Below are positions 43,530 through 57,619 of a DNA stretch of 64,000 nt, one piece after another. The stretch covers positions 6,386,001 to 6,450,000 of the forward strand of contig CM022676.1 in NCBI GenBank assembly GCA_012295275.1, given 5' to 3'. The DNA comes from Chrysomallon squamiferum. Lineage: Eukaryota; Animalia; Mollusca. Numbering within the stretch: position 1 is the stretch's first letter; every line of letters begins with the position of its first letter. Under the pieces are notes generated by a model that was not told where the DNA came from, searched no databases, and saw nothing but the letters and a program-made list of their open reading frames with translations. The translations under genes were made by a program, and so were the position numbers.

Positions 43530-46500
43530 CAACTTAGTATGAATCATGTAGACTGGATTCAGGGCTGAATGAAAAGTATCAGAACAGGGGGAATTTTTCC
43601 TTGGTAGAATTGAATTTAAATTAATTTTTGTTTTTTATAAAATTTTATATATTTTTCAGTTGTTTTCTAGAGTTTTTCGAAATTATATAGAACTGGATTC
43701 AGGGCCTTATGGAAATTGTCATGAAAATTTAAGCCAATACAGTGTGTGTTTATTTTTGTTTTTCTTTTTTTGTTATTTTTTAATTTTAATTATTAATTTT
43801 GTAATTCGTCTAAATTACAGACAGTACATTTAAAATAATAATAATACATATAAAAAAAAAAAAAAATAAATAAAAAAAAGGATTGAAAATACAAAGAGTT
43901 GATGAAAACATTTTTTAGTTGAAAAATGAAAACATCAAACAATTTCGTTTTCATTTAAAGTTTAACAAGCAGCAGAAATGTACTTTAATATCGATATGCT
44001 GGATCAGCTGTAATTAAAATGAGTTTTGTACATACAAAAACAGCCAGGGGCAAATTACAAATAAAAAAATATAAAAAAAGTTATCGGGAAATGTCACTAA
44101 CATTATGTTAATATCACCTGAGGAGATATGAATATATCACACTGAGTTAAAGGTAAATTTGATATTTGACTGGTGCATAATAGAAGATGTGTCTTGAATT
44201 GTTTTTGTAAAACAGTTTAAAAAAAAATGTCAATTTTTTCCATTAAAAATTTTCATTAAATTTAGTATAAAAATCCTGTATTAAATTTAATGAATAACAG
44301 AAAACAGTATTAGATTGTTTTTGAAACAATTAAAAAAAAAAAAAAAAAAATTTTGTTTTTTAAAAATTCAAATTTTTCCATGAAAATATTATGTTGCTTC
44401 ATAGTCATTAAATTTAATATGGACTTGTTAACAATAGAAAATATTCATAACACTGAATAATAATAAGATAGTTAACCTAACAATGTTGTTTGATTATTTT
44501 TGCTTTTTCTTAAATAGCTAAAAAAAAAGAAGTTTAATAATTGTAACTTATGCATGACAAATTTTATCATAGCTCTGCTTGTTCTAGGATATAATCATAA
44601 TGTAATGAAATTAAGAAAATTCTGATTAAGCATCAGAAGGAAATGATAGTCAAACTCTGTCAGGAAATAACTTCATGTGCTTGAATAAATTTGTGGCCTT
44701 GATGTTAATAACCATACAATGTTAATTTTAATTCAAAGAAAGTTGTATAAAAGTGTGTGAAACATTTATGTTAGGTTATAATAATTTGAATAAATCTTGT
44801 ATTAACTTGTAACCTTGACATTATTATCCATGCAAAATCCATGGGCATTAATTATAATTTATATTCAAGTAATATGTGATCATAACATTATACATCATGT
44901 TTTGTCAAAAGTGTTAATTATAATAAGAAAGATGTATAGAATTTTTTTAAAAGGTTTATATCAAGCATAATAATTTTAATAATTGTTTTATTAACTCATG
45001 ACCTTGACATTTCCAGCATTATCTTCTGGTGGTAATTAAAATACTGAAAAGTGAGTAAGTATTTTTTTAAGATATGATAATTTAAATATTTCTTGTTTAT
45101 GAACAATATCATTAGCTGTATTGTGTCTTCAGATAATTATGCAAAAAGTGAGATGGTAACATATTAAAAGTTGAATATGGTATATAAAAATTCATGAAAT
45201 TTACATCATCAACATAATGTGTCCAAAGCAACAGATATTATAACAGATGCGAAATACTAAAAAATAACCCTAAAAAAACAGAGGTTGCCAATGATCTTAT
45301 TCATTTGTTGTAGGCAGTAAAAAATATTTTTTATATGTACCCACCGACACACAGGAAATGTTGGACCATAGATAAACAACAACAACAACAAAATCAATAT
45401 AATAAAATAAAATAAAAATTAAAAAAAACTAAATTTTAAAATAAAATATTTCTGTTCTCCAGGTTACTTTGAATTTTATATCTAAGATGTTTATAATAAT
45501 CTGCATTAATAAAAATAAGGTTCTCCATATTACTTTAACTATAAATAAAATAAAAACAAAATGTTTATAATAATAAAATATATATAATAATATAAAAATA
45601 AAAATATAAAAATAAAAATAAAAATAAAACAAAAATAAAATAATATTTTGCTAAACGTTATTTATAGCACTACATTCATTCTATGATTAACTTCTGTAAT
45701 AATGAACGGTTTCCATAATAACAATTTCCTTTTTAAATCAATAAAATTGAGACTTGTTATCCAAATTTATTTCATTTAAAAAAAAAAAAAAAAAAAAAAT
45801 TTTTTTAATGAGATGTAATTTTCATATCCCTTCCCAAAGATGAATGTCTGTTATTATAAATGGCTTCCATTTATCAACTTCCTTTTAAATAAAAAAAAAA
45901 ATTAAAAAAATAATTTAAAAATATGAATAGAATATTTTTAAAAAGGTATTAATTTTATTCGTAAATATTTCTACTGTAAGAATAATTTTTTCGTCTCTGT
46001 ATATGAAAAGAGTCATTTATTAATACAAATTTATAAAAAAAAATAAAAAAAACAAAAAAACTGAAAAGTGAATAAAAATTCCTTTTATTATAATTTTTAA
46101 TGATGATGATAATAATAATAATAAGAATAAGAATAAGAATAATAATAATAATAATAATATAAATACACAAATAAACAACAAAGTAAATAAATAAATTAGT
46201 TAAAACCTTCATAAAATTATTCTGACTATAACTTTAGTTCCTTACTAGAAATTTCTGTAACAATAAAAATGTTTCTATTTTAGAACACTTCCCTTCTTGA
46301 AAAGTGTCAGATTTTACGCAGTTAATAAATCTTAACATGACATAATAAAAAAAAAAAGAGTTAATTAATGTGTTAGGAAATGAATGCTTGTTTTTGTGAA
46401 CTAATTTTCTGATAACAACTCTGTACAATATCCATTTAAAACCCATATCAAGTTTCTTTTATGTAACTTTATGTGGGCTGAATCCTATTTGTGTATTATT

Positions 46501-46619
46501 TAAAGAAGAGGATTTTTCTGGAAATTCTAGAATATAATCTTGATATCCTACTTATAAAATTTAATATGAATTACTGTCACCGTTATTCATATTTTTTTTA
46601 AAGCAATATATATCATTTT

Positions 46620-47473
46620 CAATATACATCATACTTAATATTTTCATCTGAAATTTTGTGACACACACAAACACAAATTTTAGAAATATACTTTAAAATA
46701 TTATCAAACATAATAATAAAACTGTAATAAAAAATGTCATTCCTCTACACAAACTGATTTTTAACCCTTCACAGTATGTTTTCAAGACTTCATATTCTGT
46801 ACACAAATTATTGACCATAGTATTTTCAACTGAAATTCTGTGACATAAACCTAAAAATTTCATTCCTCTATAGAACCTGATTTTTTAACCCTTCACATTA
46901 TATTCTCAATACTTCACACACTATACATTGATGTTACAACCTTAAATTATATTTTCAACTGAAATTCTGTGATACACACATTTTACAAATACATGTATAA
47001 TAAAATTAAAAACATCACTACTCTATACATATGGATTTTTGGCATTAATATTCAAGACCTCACATTCTCTACACAAATTGATGTTATGACCTTAAATAAA
47101 TCATTCAGTTGAATTCTGTGACATACATACATATATATATTTTTTACAAATAATATTATCAAACATAATATAAAATTAAAAAGTCACTGTTTTATACGTA
47201 TTGATTTTTGGCCTTTCACGATTAATATTCACGACATCAAATTCTGTACACAAATTGATGTTACGACCTTAAATAAAATTTTCAGTTGAATTCTGTGACA
47301 TACATACATACATACATACATAAATATATATATATACCTTTTACAAATAATATTATCAAACAATATAAAATTAAAGTCACTGTTTTATACGCATTGATTT
47401 TTGGCCTTTCACAATTAATATTCAAGATCTCAAATTCTGTACACCTTACGACCTTAAATAAAATTTTCAGTTG

Positions 47474-47515
<42 letters not shown>

Positions 47516-47675
47516 TTACAACTAATATTATCAAACATAACAATAAAATCAAAAACGTCACTGTTTTATACACACTGATGTTTCACCTTCCACTATTAAT
47601 ATTCAAGATGTCAGATTCGCAACACAAATTGATGTTACGACCTTACATAATATTTTCTATTCAAATCCAGTGACA
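46620..47675. repeat. Tandem repeat, about 185-bp unit, about 6 copies, with an internal variable microsatellite
   Basis: Recurring ACACAAATTGATGTTACGACCTTAAATAAAATTTTCAGTTGAATTCTGTGACA and TATTATCAAACATAAT. Confidence 0.85.
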
Positions 47676-48346
47676 TTATGTACACACACACACACACAGA
47701 CACAAGAGACAGGTTCATAGGGTTCAACGAGATATCCAGGAAAACTGTACGGTATTATCAGGTGACTGCGAACAGTGGATGTTTTCCTGGCACAAAGACA
47801 AAGTGTGTGTGGGTGTTACATGGATGCAGAAAACAATGCCAAGGTGCAAACAGCTCTCCCCTGACAAGTAAAACATGCCTAGCCCTGCCCATTAATGAAA
47901 AACATGCAGCTGATGTGACTTGAAGCATTCTTCCTGTTTGTGACCCTTTCCAGTACAAACCTGCCAGTGGTTACAGCACAGGAGTGAGATATTGGAGTTT
48001 CGTTTTATCAAGATCTTGTCAGTGCCTACGTATTTTACAACTGGCTTTTTTAATAACCTGAGCATCACATGTGAGAGTTAGTAAGATCAAATCTTGTTGG
48101 TACCTCCTATTTTAAAACTGGTAGTGTTAAGACCCAGTGCTTTCTGATGAAAGAGTTCATAGGTTCAAATCTTGTCAGTACCTCTACTGTTATAAAACTG
48201 TTAAGAGCCCATGCATTAGATATGACTGTTGGTATGATTAGTCTAGCAAAATAAAAATGTCTGTGGGAAGGTACTAATAAAGATTCTCTTACTGCTAAAT
48301 GAAAATAAAGAGCAGTTTTGCTGATTCATTATTTAAATTCTTCTTA

Positions 48347-48380
<34 letters not shown>

Positions 48381-49407
48381 TACTGACACAAATTACACAG
48401 AATTAAAATGAATAAAAACATACTTTAGGTACCTTTTGTGGAAAACAGTCACATACATACTCTGTGTATTTATATATATATGTACTGAGGTTCAAATTAA
48501 GTTCACCATTGTTATTATTATTCATGCTTATTACACTAATTGCAGTTCAATGTGGGTTTGTCCCATCTGTTTGTTCTTGTAAGTGATAAAACCACTGGAT
48601 TTAAAATGTGTAAAAACTGGCTTCAGAAATATAAATAACATGCTAATGAGAACAGGAAAACAGAACAGTATGATAGAAAAATCTTGTTTAAAAAAATACA
48701 ATTATTTTATTTGTTGATGTGTTTGTTTTTGTGTTGATTGAACTGTTAATCTTTTAAACCATAAAACAAAATAAAATAAATAAGTGATCAAAATAATAAT
48801 AATAATAAGAAGAAGAACAAGAAGAACAAGAAAATGAAGAAAAAGATGAAATAATGAAGAAAGAAAGAAAGAAAAAAGAACAGAAAGTAAAAAATAAAAC
48901 AAGAAACTGAATAAAACCAAACAGTAAACATAATTAACAATTCTTATAAATCAAGAGAATTAACTGTATAAGACAAACATAATCTGAACCAAAAGAATAT
49001 TTACTATACATAGCAACAAATTATAATTTATCAACAGATGTTAAAAATCTCAGTCTTCTGCTGGAATTTAAACACTTTAAAGAATATCTTTATCAGAAAG
49101 TCAATTTTTTGCCAATTCCAACCAGTATGGAATGCCCAGTTATTTCTATACAGCACTTATCAATGTAAAATTTAACAACTACATCAAAACAAGACTTAAT
49201 GATAAAGCAAGTAATAATCATAATTAATACACTTTAAGGATAATAAAAGCATAATTAAACTTTATTTGAACTTCTGCATAATATTTTTTTTTTAAATAAT
49301 TTAATATGCTAATCTCTATGGTTTTCATGTAAAATACAGACAGTAATAAAACTGAATTTAAAATTTTACTCTAAGTGCTGTTCTGATGAATAAAATTAAA
49401 CTATCTT

Positions 49408-49459
<52 letters not shown>

Positions 49460-50879
49460 GAGTTTCTTTTTTTAATTATTATTTTTGTTTATTTTTCAGA
49501 TTTTATTCAAGATTCAACATCACAAAACCATAAGTATCTGTAAACGACATAAATATACAGAAAATAGTTTAGAGAGGAAGAGAGTAAGAAAGACAGATAA
49601 TGAAATACACTGAAAGGAAGAAAGAAAAATAAAATGAATGAAAGGACACAAAAGAAAGAGAAAGAAAAAGATAAAGAGAGAGAGATTTGTTTTTGAAATA
49701 TTAAATGTTTTTATCATCGGTCATCTGATTCTTAAGTGATTAAAAATTCTGGAGACTGTCCAACAATGACATCATCACAGTCAAACTCCATGGTCACAGG
49801 AAATATTTAATTTCACACTGCACTGAATCATTTCTTTAAATACCTGACAATGTTGAACAACAAGATAATCGGTAAAAGATATGAATAAAACTTAACAACT
49901 ATTTTAACACTGTTAAACTAGTTGTTATGGAGATGTGAGAGAAAAGAAAGTAGGAAAAACAAAGATGTTAATAAACAATGTGACACAGCAAAAGAAAAAG
50001 CAAGACAGAGAGAGGATAGAGACAGGAATAAAAAGGAGACAGGCAGAAATAAAGACAGACAGACACATGGACAGACAGAGAGAAACAGAGAGTAACAGAC
50101 ACATGAAAAAAAAAAAAAGTACAGATTTTATGGATCGTCTCCTCAAATTTTAAAACTAAAATAATTTAAAACGTCAAGAAATAAATGATACTAAACAGAA
50201 CAAAAACATGATCCTGGTGTCACTAACAAATACTAACAAAGACTGCACACATGGCAGGCATGCTTGAAAAAAAAAAAAAAAAAAATCTTGCTAAAAACGA
50301 ACCTTATATCCATCCACAAACCCACACACATGCATGCATGCATACACACTCTATTTCAAGATCAGATAACTTAATATGAAAATGAGAGTTAACAGCCTTT
50401 AAAAAAAAAATTAAAAAAAAATTAATGTAATTTAATTTTTTATTATGATTCACAATGAATATATCATTTAAAAGAAATAAACCTGGACGATTCCCAAAGT
50501 AAATTGGCTGTATCTAAGATTCGGAAAGCAGTAGGCAAACATATCACTTACTGCATGCCATGACATATTAATTGTTTGCTTCAGCCAGCTTTTTCTCGTT
50601 GCAATATCAACAAACAATTTAATGGAACATTTATGATTTGATGCCAAAATAAACAGTTGTGATAAAACATTAATAACCAAGTTACACGACTTACAACAAC
50701 ATGATAATCAATGTAAGGTTAACGCATGTCAGCTGATATTGTATGATCATGTTAAAAAGTGAGTATGTCAAGAAAATAAGATTAAAAATAAGAATTGTGA
50801 GTCTGTTGTTTATTTTAAAGGATACAGGAGCTGCTTTGGGTGAATGTTTTTATTACCAGAAAAATATGTAAAAAGAATT

Positions 50880-50948
50880 TTATATATATATATATATATT
50901 TTCAGTATTCTTATAATCTGTGCTTTATATTTATATGTATTTCTGTGT

Positions 50949-51019
<71 letters not shown>

Positions 51020-51093
51020 CACACATATAAAAATATACCTAGATAGGTACACATAAGCATGTCTTTTTCTTTCTGTGTATATATGTATGTGTG

Positions 51094-51165
<72 letters not shown>

Positions 51166-51425
51166 CTAGGACAGTATACAAGTAAGGAAGTAATAAATAT
51201 ATATTTTACTCACCTGTTTATCATCTTGAAATAGAGTGTATATATATATATGGTTCAGTATTCTTATAATCTGTGCTTTATATGTGTATTTATGTCTCTC
51301 TCTCTCTCTCTACACACACGCACATATAAATATACCTTGATACGTACACACATAAGCATGTCTTTTTCTTTCTGTGTGTGTCTGTGTGTACGTGTGACTG
51401 TGTGTGTGTATGTGTGTGTGTGTGT

Positions 51426-51468
<43 letters not shown>

Positions 51469-51545
51469 TGTGTGTGTGTAACTAGGACAGTATACAAGTA
51501 AGGAAGTAATAAATAAATATATATTTATTTTACTCACCTGTTTAT
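50880..51545. repeat. Recent tandem duplication of about 330 bp including a splice donor
   Basis: Both copies share TTCAGTATTCTTATAATCTGTGCTTTATAT, (CT)n, (GT)n and GTAACTAGGACAGTATACAAGTAAGGAAGTAATAAAT...TACTCACCTGTTTAT. Confidence 0.9.
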
Positions 51546-51692
51546 GCTGACTACACTAGGTTGTTGAGGTAGGTGATGTACAATATTGGTGTAAACTTTA
51601 AGACGCAGAGTCTTGTAGTGGTAAACGGGGGTACCTAAATCCATGCTGTCCAGTACACTGTTGTCTTTTGTCACCATTTCATTGACATCCAT
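51538..51692 (-). CDS. TSC22D1: Alternative first coding exon, probably the short-isoform N-terminus of a TSC22 domain family / bunched-like protein (MDVNEMVTKDNSVLDSMDLGTPVYHYKTLRLKVYTNIVHHLPQQPSVVSIN+AG)
   Basis: ATG at 51692 with an in-frame TAA 6 codons upstream; 51 open codons + 2 nt; consensus donor CAG|GTGAGT (phase 2); non-repetitive coding-like composition. MDLG..VY, the following hydrophobic pattern and the terminal N-AG| match my recollection of TSC22D1 isoform 2 (AMDLGVYQLRHFSISFLSSLL...LDNS|) and GILZ. Family assignment is from memory, not a search, and the paralog number is not resolvable. Confidence 0.7.
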
Positions 51693-51911
51693 AGTCAAAA
51701 ACGAGCATTAACGCTGTTTACAGGATGGGCAAACATCCACTGAATCACGGGTAATCTTTAATCTGTTGCTTAGCTAATAACCTGAAATGACCGTCTGCGT
51801 GGTCACAATTTCATTATCGTCCATAGTTAAGAATGACCATTGTCTTTATCAGACATCTACTTGTCATTTGTAGGATGGTCAGAATTCACTGACTTTCATT
51901 TGCAAACAAAA

Positions 51912-51943
<32 letters not shown>

Positions 51944-52079
51944 CATCATTTAGCTGTAGATGGTCGCTATTTCTTAAACCTCCATATTTAACAGAAATGT
52001 GTATCTTTCAATGAAAAATAAATATTACTGATAAATAGAATTTTTTTTTTTTTTTTTTTTTTTTGTAAATAACTAGAGA

Positions 52080-52565
52080 TGATACACAACTTCTTAAACA
52101 TCCATATAATAAGAGAAACCTTTTGTCTTTTAAAAAAAAAAAAATAACTGTTCTAGTTGAAACTGTTATCTCAATTTCACTGACATCTACATAGGTGAAC
52201 ACAAACTGTTTTTGTAGACAAGGATTGATGACGTGCAATTTTATTAAACATCCGTAGATAACAGAATTTTTTTTTATCTCATCAAAATATTATGCGCAGT
52301 ATTTAAAACATCCACATGCAACAAAAACTTCTATCTTTCAAAAATAAAAATAACTGAAACTGTCAACGAAATTCACTAACCTACAACAGAGATAAGGAAA
52401 TATTGTTTTTCCTAAACATGTGATACAGGGTATATACACACAACTACTTTAAACATCCACAATGTAACAGAAACTTTTGTCTTTCTTAAACAACTCTGGC
52501 CGAAACTGTTATCAGAATTCACTGAGCAGACAGATAGGTATATGGGAAAACAAAAACTGTAGATG
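52080..52565. repeat. Degenerate tandem repeat
   Basis: Recurring TTAAACATCC and GAAACTGTTATC..AATT(T)CACTGA. Confidence 0.6.
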
Positions 52566-53314
52566 TAAATAAATATAAGTGATAACAAGATTAGTGTTTC
52601 ACTGTCACACAAAACAAGTATAGTAAACTGCTATTGTTTCTGTAAAAATAAACAAAGTTGACTGTGTTATCATTGTTCTGTTGATATCAAAAACTTACAG
52701 GGTTTTTCTTTTTGTTTCTGTTTTAGAAAACGATTGTAGGTGGTAAAATGGGATTGGCCAGGATTGTCCTTTTTTATTTTTTTTTTTTTTTTTTTAATAC
52801 TTTCCATTAAAAAATATTTCCTTGTTTATAAATAATATGGGTCTTTACTAGAATATGGACTAACAGATATAAAAAAAAATAATTTAAAAATTTTTAAAAA
52901 TATTTTTTTATTTATTTTTTTATTTGTTTTTTTTTTTAGTAATTAGTAATATTAAATATAAATAAATAAATAAATAAATAAATACCAAAGATGAAAAAAA
53001 ACACCAACTAATCAGTTATATACATTAAATCACAGAGTCCATACAAACACAGATACATCCAGGAAGAGAATAAAAAAAAATAAAAAGCTTGTTAAAAGAT
53101 TCTGAAGAACAACTTCTTTTTTTTTTGTTAAGTTTAGTTTCTTCAAAAGGAATATTTTAAATTTCTGATCTGAACACATGAGGATGTTGTAGGAAGTAAA
53201 AAAAAAAAAAAAGTAAATTCAAAATTCACAGCTCATTAATCCAAAAGAATTATGATGAAGTAATTAAACTTGAACACAATCCACCTGAAGTAAAATGACT
53301 ACACTGATATTTCA

Positions 53315-53357
<43 letters not shown>

Positions 53358-55809
53358 TTAAAATAATAATAATAATAATAATCCAAGAACTTAAAGCAAC
53401 AAACCAAACTTAGGATTTCTTCATATGTTTAAAAACATAAATTGGTGTATTTATAATCATCAATCCAAACTTGTGAACCTTCATCATTTCAATAACTGAA
53501 TTACATATCCATTCTTCAACATTTATATAAAAGATATGTGAATATTTAAGCCAGTTTGATGTATTATAAAGTTACAAAAACCTCAATCACAAATCCATAC
53601 TACTAATGTCTGCCTCATCTTCTTTAATCCGAATAGATCCAAATGCATGATGCTTCTTCATTTCATAAGTTTTTTCATTTTAAAATACCTTTGAATAGTT
53701 ATTAACAAAAACAGTACATGTGTCTTAAACAAGCACAAATGTTTATATAATCATTGCAGATATTTTCTGATGCTTTGTAAACTGTTGGTCCTCACGTCTT
53801 AATAATCATTCAAAACATGTTTCTTTTCTAACCTCTGTTTAGGATGTTAAAACACAGTTGATAATTATATACATTTTGAAAGGTGTTGTCTGTTTACATG
53901 TATGTGAATATCAGTTCACTATTTTAGGTCTCAGTTACATGTTTGTGACCTTGGGGAAAATAAAAATAAAAAAATGCTTTCAGAATAGAAACTGATGATG
54001 TTATTAACCTTCCATGGATCAGGTTAAAAAAAAAAAAAAAGAAGAGTAAATATCACAATAACAACTAAAAAAAAAAGAAGAAAAAAGAAACACTATCTTT
54101 GTGGTTAGTAACTGTAGAAGAAGATAATAATAGCAACAAATGAATAAGAAAAACAAATGGATATTTCTTTTTAGAGTAATTGATAATAAAAAGATTTAAT
54201 AAAAATTTCCAAAATTCCTCGTTGGCTTTAGCTCTTCATAAAGTTACTTAATTTCACAGCTAGATGATTGTTAATATAATTTTTAAATAAAACATAAACT
54301 TTTGGCAAAGAAATCTTCCTTCTTGGCTACAACTCTTCACAAAATCAGTTAATATGGCAATTATCCACACAAAATATTTCACTGTTTTCACCACCTGTTG
54401 TATAAGATATTCTCAACAATCAAATATATATATGTGTGTGTATGAGTGTGTTAATTTGTTTACTGGTGATGGTTGACAAGAAGATAAGTTAATAAAAATT
54501 CTTCATAAAAACAAGCATCAAGTCTTTACAATGTCCATATGACATTTTTTTTTCAGTGTTCCAGTCAATTAGAGAGACATTTGTTGTCAATAATCAAACT
54601 ATTTTTATGGAAAAAATAAATTTCAGTTTCTATTGATTTCATGCCTTATAAGTTATTAAATAATATAGCTCTGCCAAATCCATATCAAGTTCACAAGAAA
54701 TCTTTCAGTGTTTCAGTGAACTGTTGTACATAAAAACAAAATAATTTTAGGTTATAAGATGAGCTAGTATCAACAAAATCCATTAATGCCCACACAAAAT
54801 TGTTCAGTATTCCAATCCTTTTAAATAACATTGGATATTAACAGGCAAGAAGTAGAAAAAAACACACAAAAACATCCTTGTTTAGTTCCAGATACAATCT
54901 TACCCATGAAGTAAAACTTTCCAACACTGCAGTCAACTGTCAATAATCAAATATAAAATATAATCCCAAGCTCAGTTATAAGCAAGAAGAAGCATTATGT
55001 CCACAAAGAAGAAATACACACAAAGATTTGTCACTGCTGTTCTAATTTCTCAGCAAACATTAAATGAAAATATAACACAGTGTTGAAGATGAGTTAATAT
55101 AATAGATCATTCACATCCGTATTACAATGTCCACACAAACTTGTTGTAAGTAATGTTGATGTAAAGTATACAATTTTATGTCAGCTTTTGTTATTTACAA
55201 TAAAACTTCATGTAAGTGAAATAACTGACAGAAGTATATTAATTTTATTTATTGTCAGCTGAAGAAAAGTTTTATGTCAAATTTTACACTTCCTTGATTT
55301 AGGGCACAATAAAGTCTAATATATTTGTGAAATGACATGTAAAATGTATTTCCTTGTTAGCGTTGATAATAAAATTGAATGTGATTGTGATACAAGATAT
55401 GAATTTCAGTCACTACTGTTGTTATCAGTTGTAGTTGAATTTGATGTTCATGATAAAATTATATACTTCCTCGATTTAGTTCTCGATAACCACTAATGAA
55501 TAATTACAAACATAAAATGAAATGTTCACCAGTTGAAACGGATGTAAGTTGTCATATTATACTCTTCTTTGTTTAATTTCCAATAGATTTCCACCTTTTT
55601 CACAGAATTGGTTTGATTTCCAAAGAAAACGTTTGACAGCTTTTTGTCAGTGGTAGCAGAACATGATAAGTCAACATTAATGATTAATCCAGCAAGAATA
55701 TGATATCAAACAGTCTGGTAAAAACACACAAATCTTTTCCACTCCTTGCAATAAACTTTGATTAGAACAGTCAAATCATAAAAAAAAGACATTTTTCTCT
55801 GTTATGTCT

Positions 55810-56390
55810 TCAGTAACAATAAACAGGTAAACTGTGTGACAGCTAGAATCCACATTTAACTATTCACAATAAGTTCACCACAAGAATAAACAAATATTTT
55901 CAATCCTATTTCATTTGTAGTAAAACTTTAAGTCAACAATCAAACTATGAACATTATTTCCTTTTTAAGCTTACAATAACAACAGATAATAAAACAGGTA
56001 TATAACTTGACTGCCAGAATCCACAGTTAACTATCCACAATAAGTTCACCATAAGAAAGAAGAAAGATTTTCAATCCTATTTTCATTTGTAAGAAAATTT
56101 GAGGTCAACAGTCAAATTGTAAATATATTTCATTGTCACAGTTATAATAACAAAAGATAATAAAACAGTTCTAGAAAATGATTTGCAAGAATCCACAGTT
56201 AACTATTCACAATAAGTCCACCGTTAGAACAAACAAACATTTTCAATCCTGTTTTTTATGTAGTAGAATCAGCGGTTGACAATCAACTTACAAACATATT
56301 TCCTTTTGTAAAACAACAACAACAGCAGCAGCAGTATCACATGACAGCCAACAAGCCTGCAGTCAACTATTATTTCAACAATAAAAAGTC
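55810..56390. repeat. Degenerate tandem repeat, about 172-bp unit, 3-4 copies
   Basis: Recurring AGAATCCACAGTTAACTATTCACAATAAGT(T/C)CACC...TTTTCAATCCT. Confidence 0.8.
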
Positions 56391-56662
56391 AACTCAACTA
56401 TGTAACCTGACTACCAAAACACAAAAACATATTTTGCACAAACATATTATAAACGTGTCTCCTTGTTCCTCAAACAATACGGAAGGTTAATACAATAGCT
56501 ATACTATACACGTCTGCCAGCGAGTCCAAGTTTAAACTGACTAGTCACTGTGTGTGTGTGTGTAAAAAAAAAAAAACCACACTATCCCAGACAGTCACTG
56601 CAGGTTATTATCAATCAAGTGACATCAATAAACAGGTCCTCTGTATCACAGACGTGACTTAC

Positions 56663-56796
56663 CTCAACGCAGATTTACAACCCTTCTGTTGTTGTTGTTG
56701 TGTCAAAATATTTTTATCACCGTATTGTAGTCTGGCAAGGCAGTGTTTTCCTGTTTCATGTCTCGAAATATAAACAAAATATACTCGACATTCCAT
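56663..56796 (-). CDS. Alternative first coding exon (MECRVYFVYISRHETGKHCLARLQYGDKNILTQQQQQKGCKSAL+AG), phase 2
   Basis: ATG directly preceded by in-frame TAA; 44 open codons + 2 nt; consensus donor GAG|GTAAGT; locally raised GC/CpG. Confidence 0.55.
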
Positions 56797-56914
56797 TTAA
56801 TGGACTCAAAAGGGGTTGAGAAAGGATGACTGGGGAAAAATTAAGAAATTCAAATTTTCTGAAGGGTGTTAGCAATTTTTTATTATTAGCTGTGTTGATT
56901 AATGATGTAGAAAA

Positions 56915-57250
56915 TATACAGAACTAAATTTATTTTAAATTCATAATGCAGAATAACATACAGAGCTAAATTTATTTTAAATTAACTGTATAGAATAGCA
57001 TACAGAACTGAATTTACTATGTATTAAAATGTAGAAAAAGGTACAGAACTAATTTTATTTTAATAAAATGAAGAATAATAATATAAACTAAATTTACATT
57101 GCATTAACCTACAGAACGAAATTTTCTTTATATTAACAATGATAATGTACAAAAACAAACAAAATTTACTTGAAATTAACAATACAGAACTAAATGTATT
57201 TTATTATTTATATTAACAATGCTGAATAATGCACAGAACTAAATTTTCAA
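56915..57250. repeat. Degenerate short tandem repeat, about 40-60-bp unit
   Basis: Recurring ACAGAACTAAATTT. Confidence 0.65.
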
Positions 57251-57619
57251 TATTTCTTTACATCTTCATTAATAATCTTCATGTTTGATTGTTTTTGCTC
57301 TTGTATTAATGTTTTAATTGAACGTTTGTTCAAATTAAGATTAAACAGTTTGTTACACACACCCATACACAAACATACATGAATGTATGTAATATGTATG
57401 TATGTATAGGTACATGGGTGTGTACAGTATATTATCAACTTGTTGAAATCTGGGTTGGTTCATTATGTCTTTCAACAATAAATATATTATATACTACTTC
57501 CTTGTTGTAAGTATGCAAACCTGGGTGTGTGTATAAGTATTTACTAAGTGTTTTTAGTAAAATCATAAATTAAATAGTGAATGAATGAGTGAATGAACAA
57601 ATAAATTTAATTGTGTGTT

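Noticed and set aside
47678-47960. Overlapping 81-aa and 66-aa ORFs in a GC-richer patch
   Set aside because: The plus ORF begins in (CA)n, neither is recognisable, and I saw no consistent splice signals.
54575-54605. Minus-strand IDNK resembling the TSC-box start
   Set aside because: Continues CLS rather than IEQAM, with no supporting splice sites; the constant exon is not in this window.
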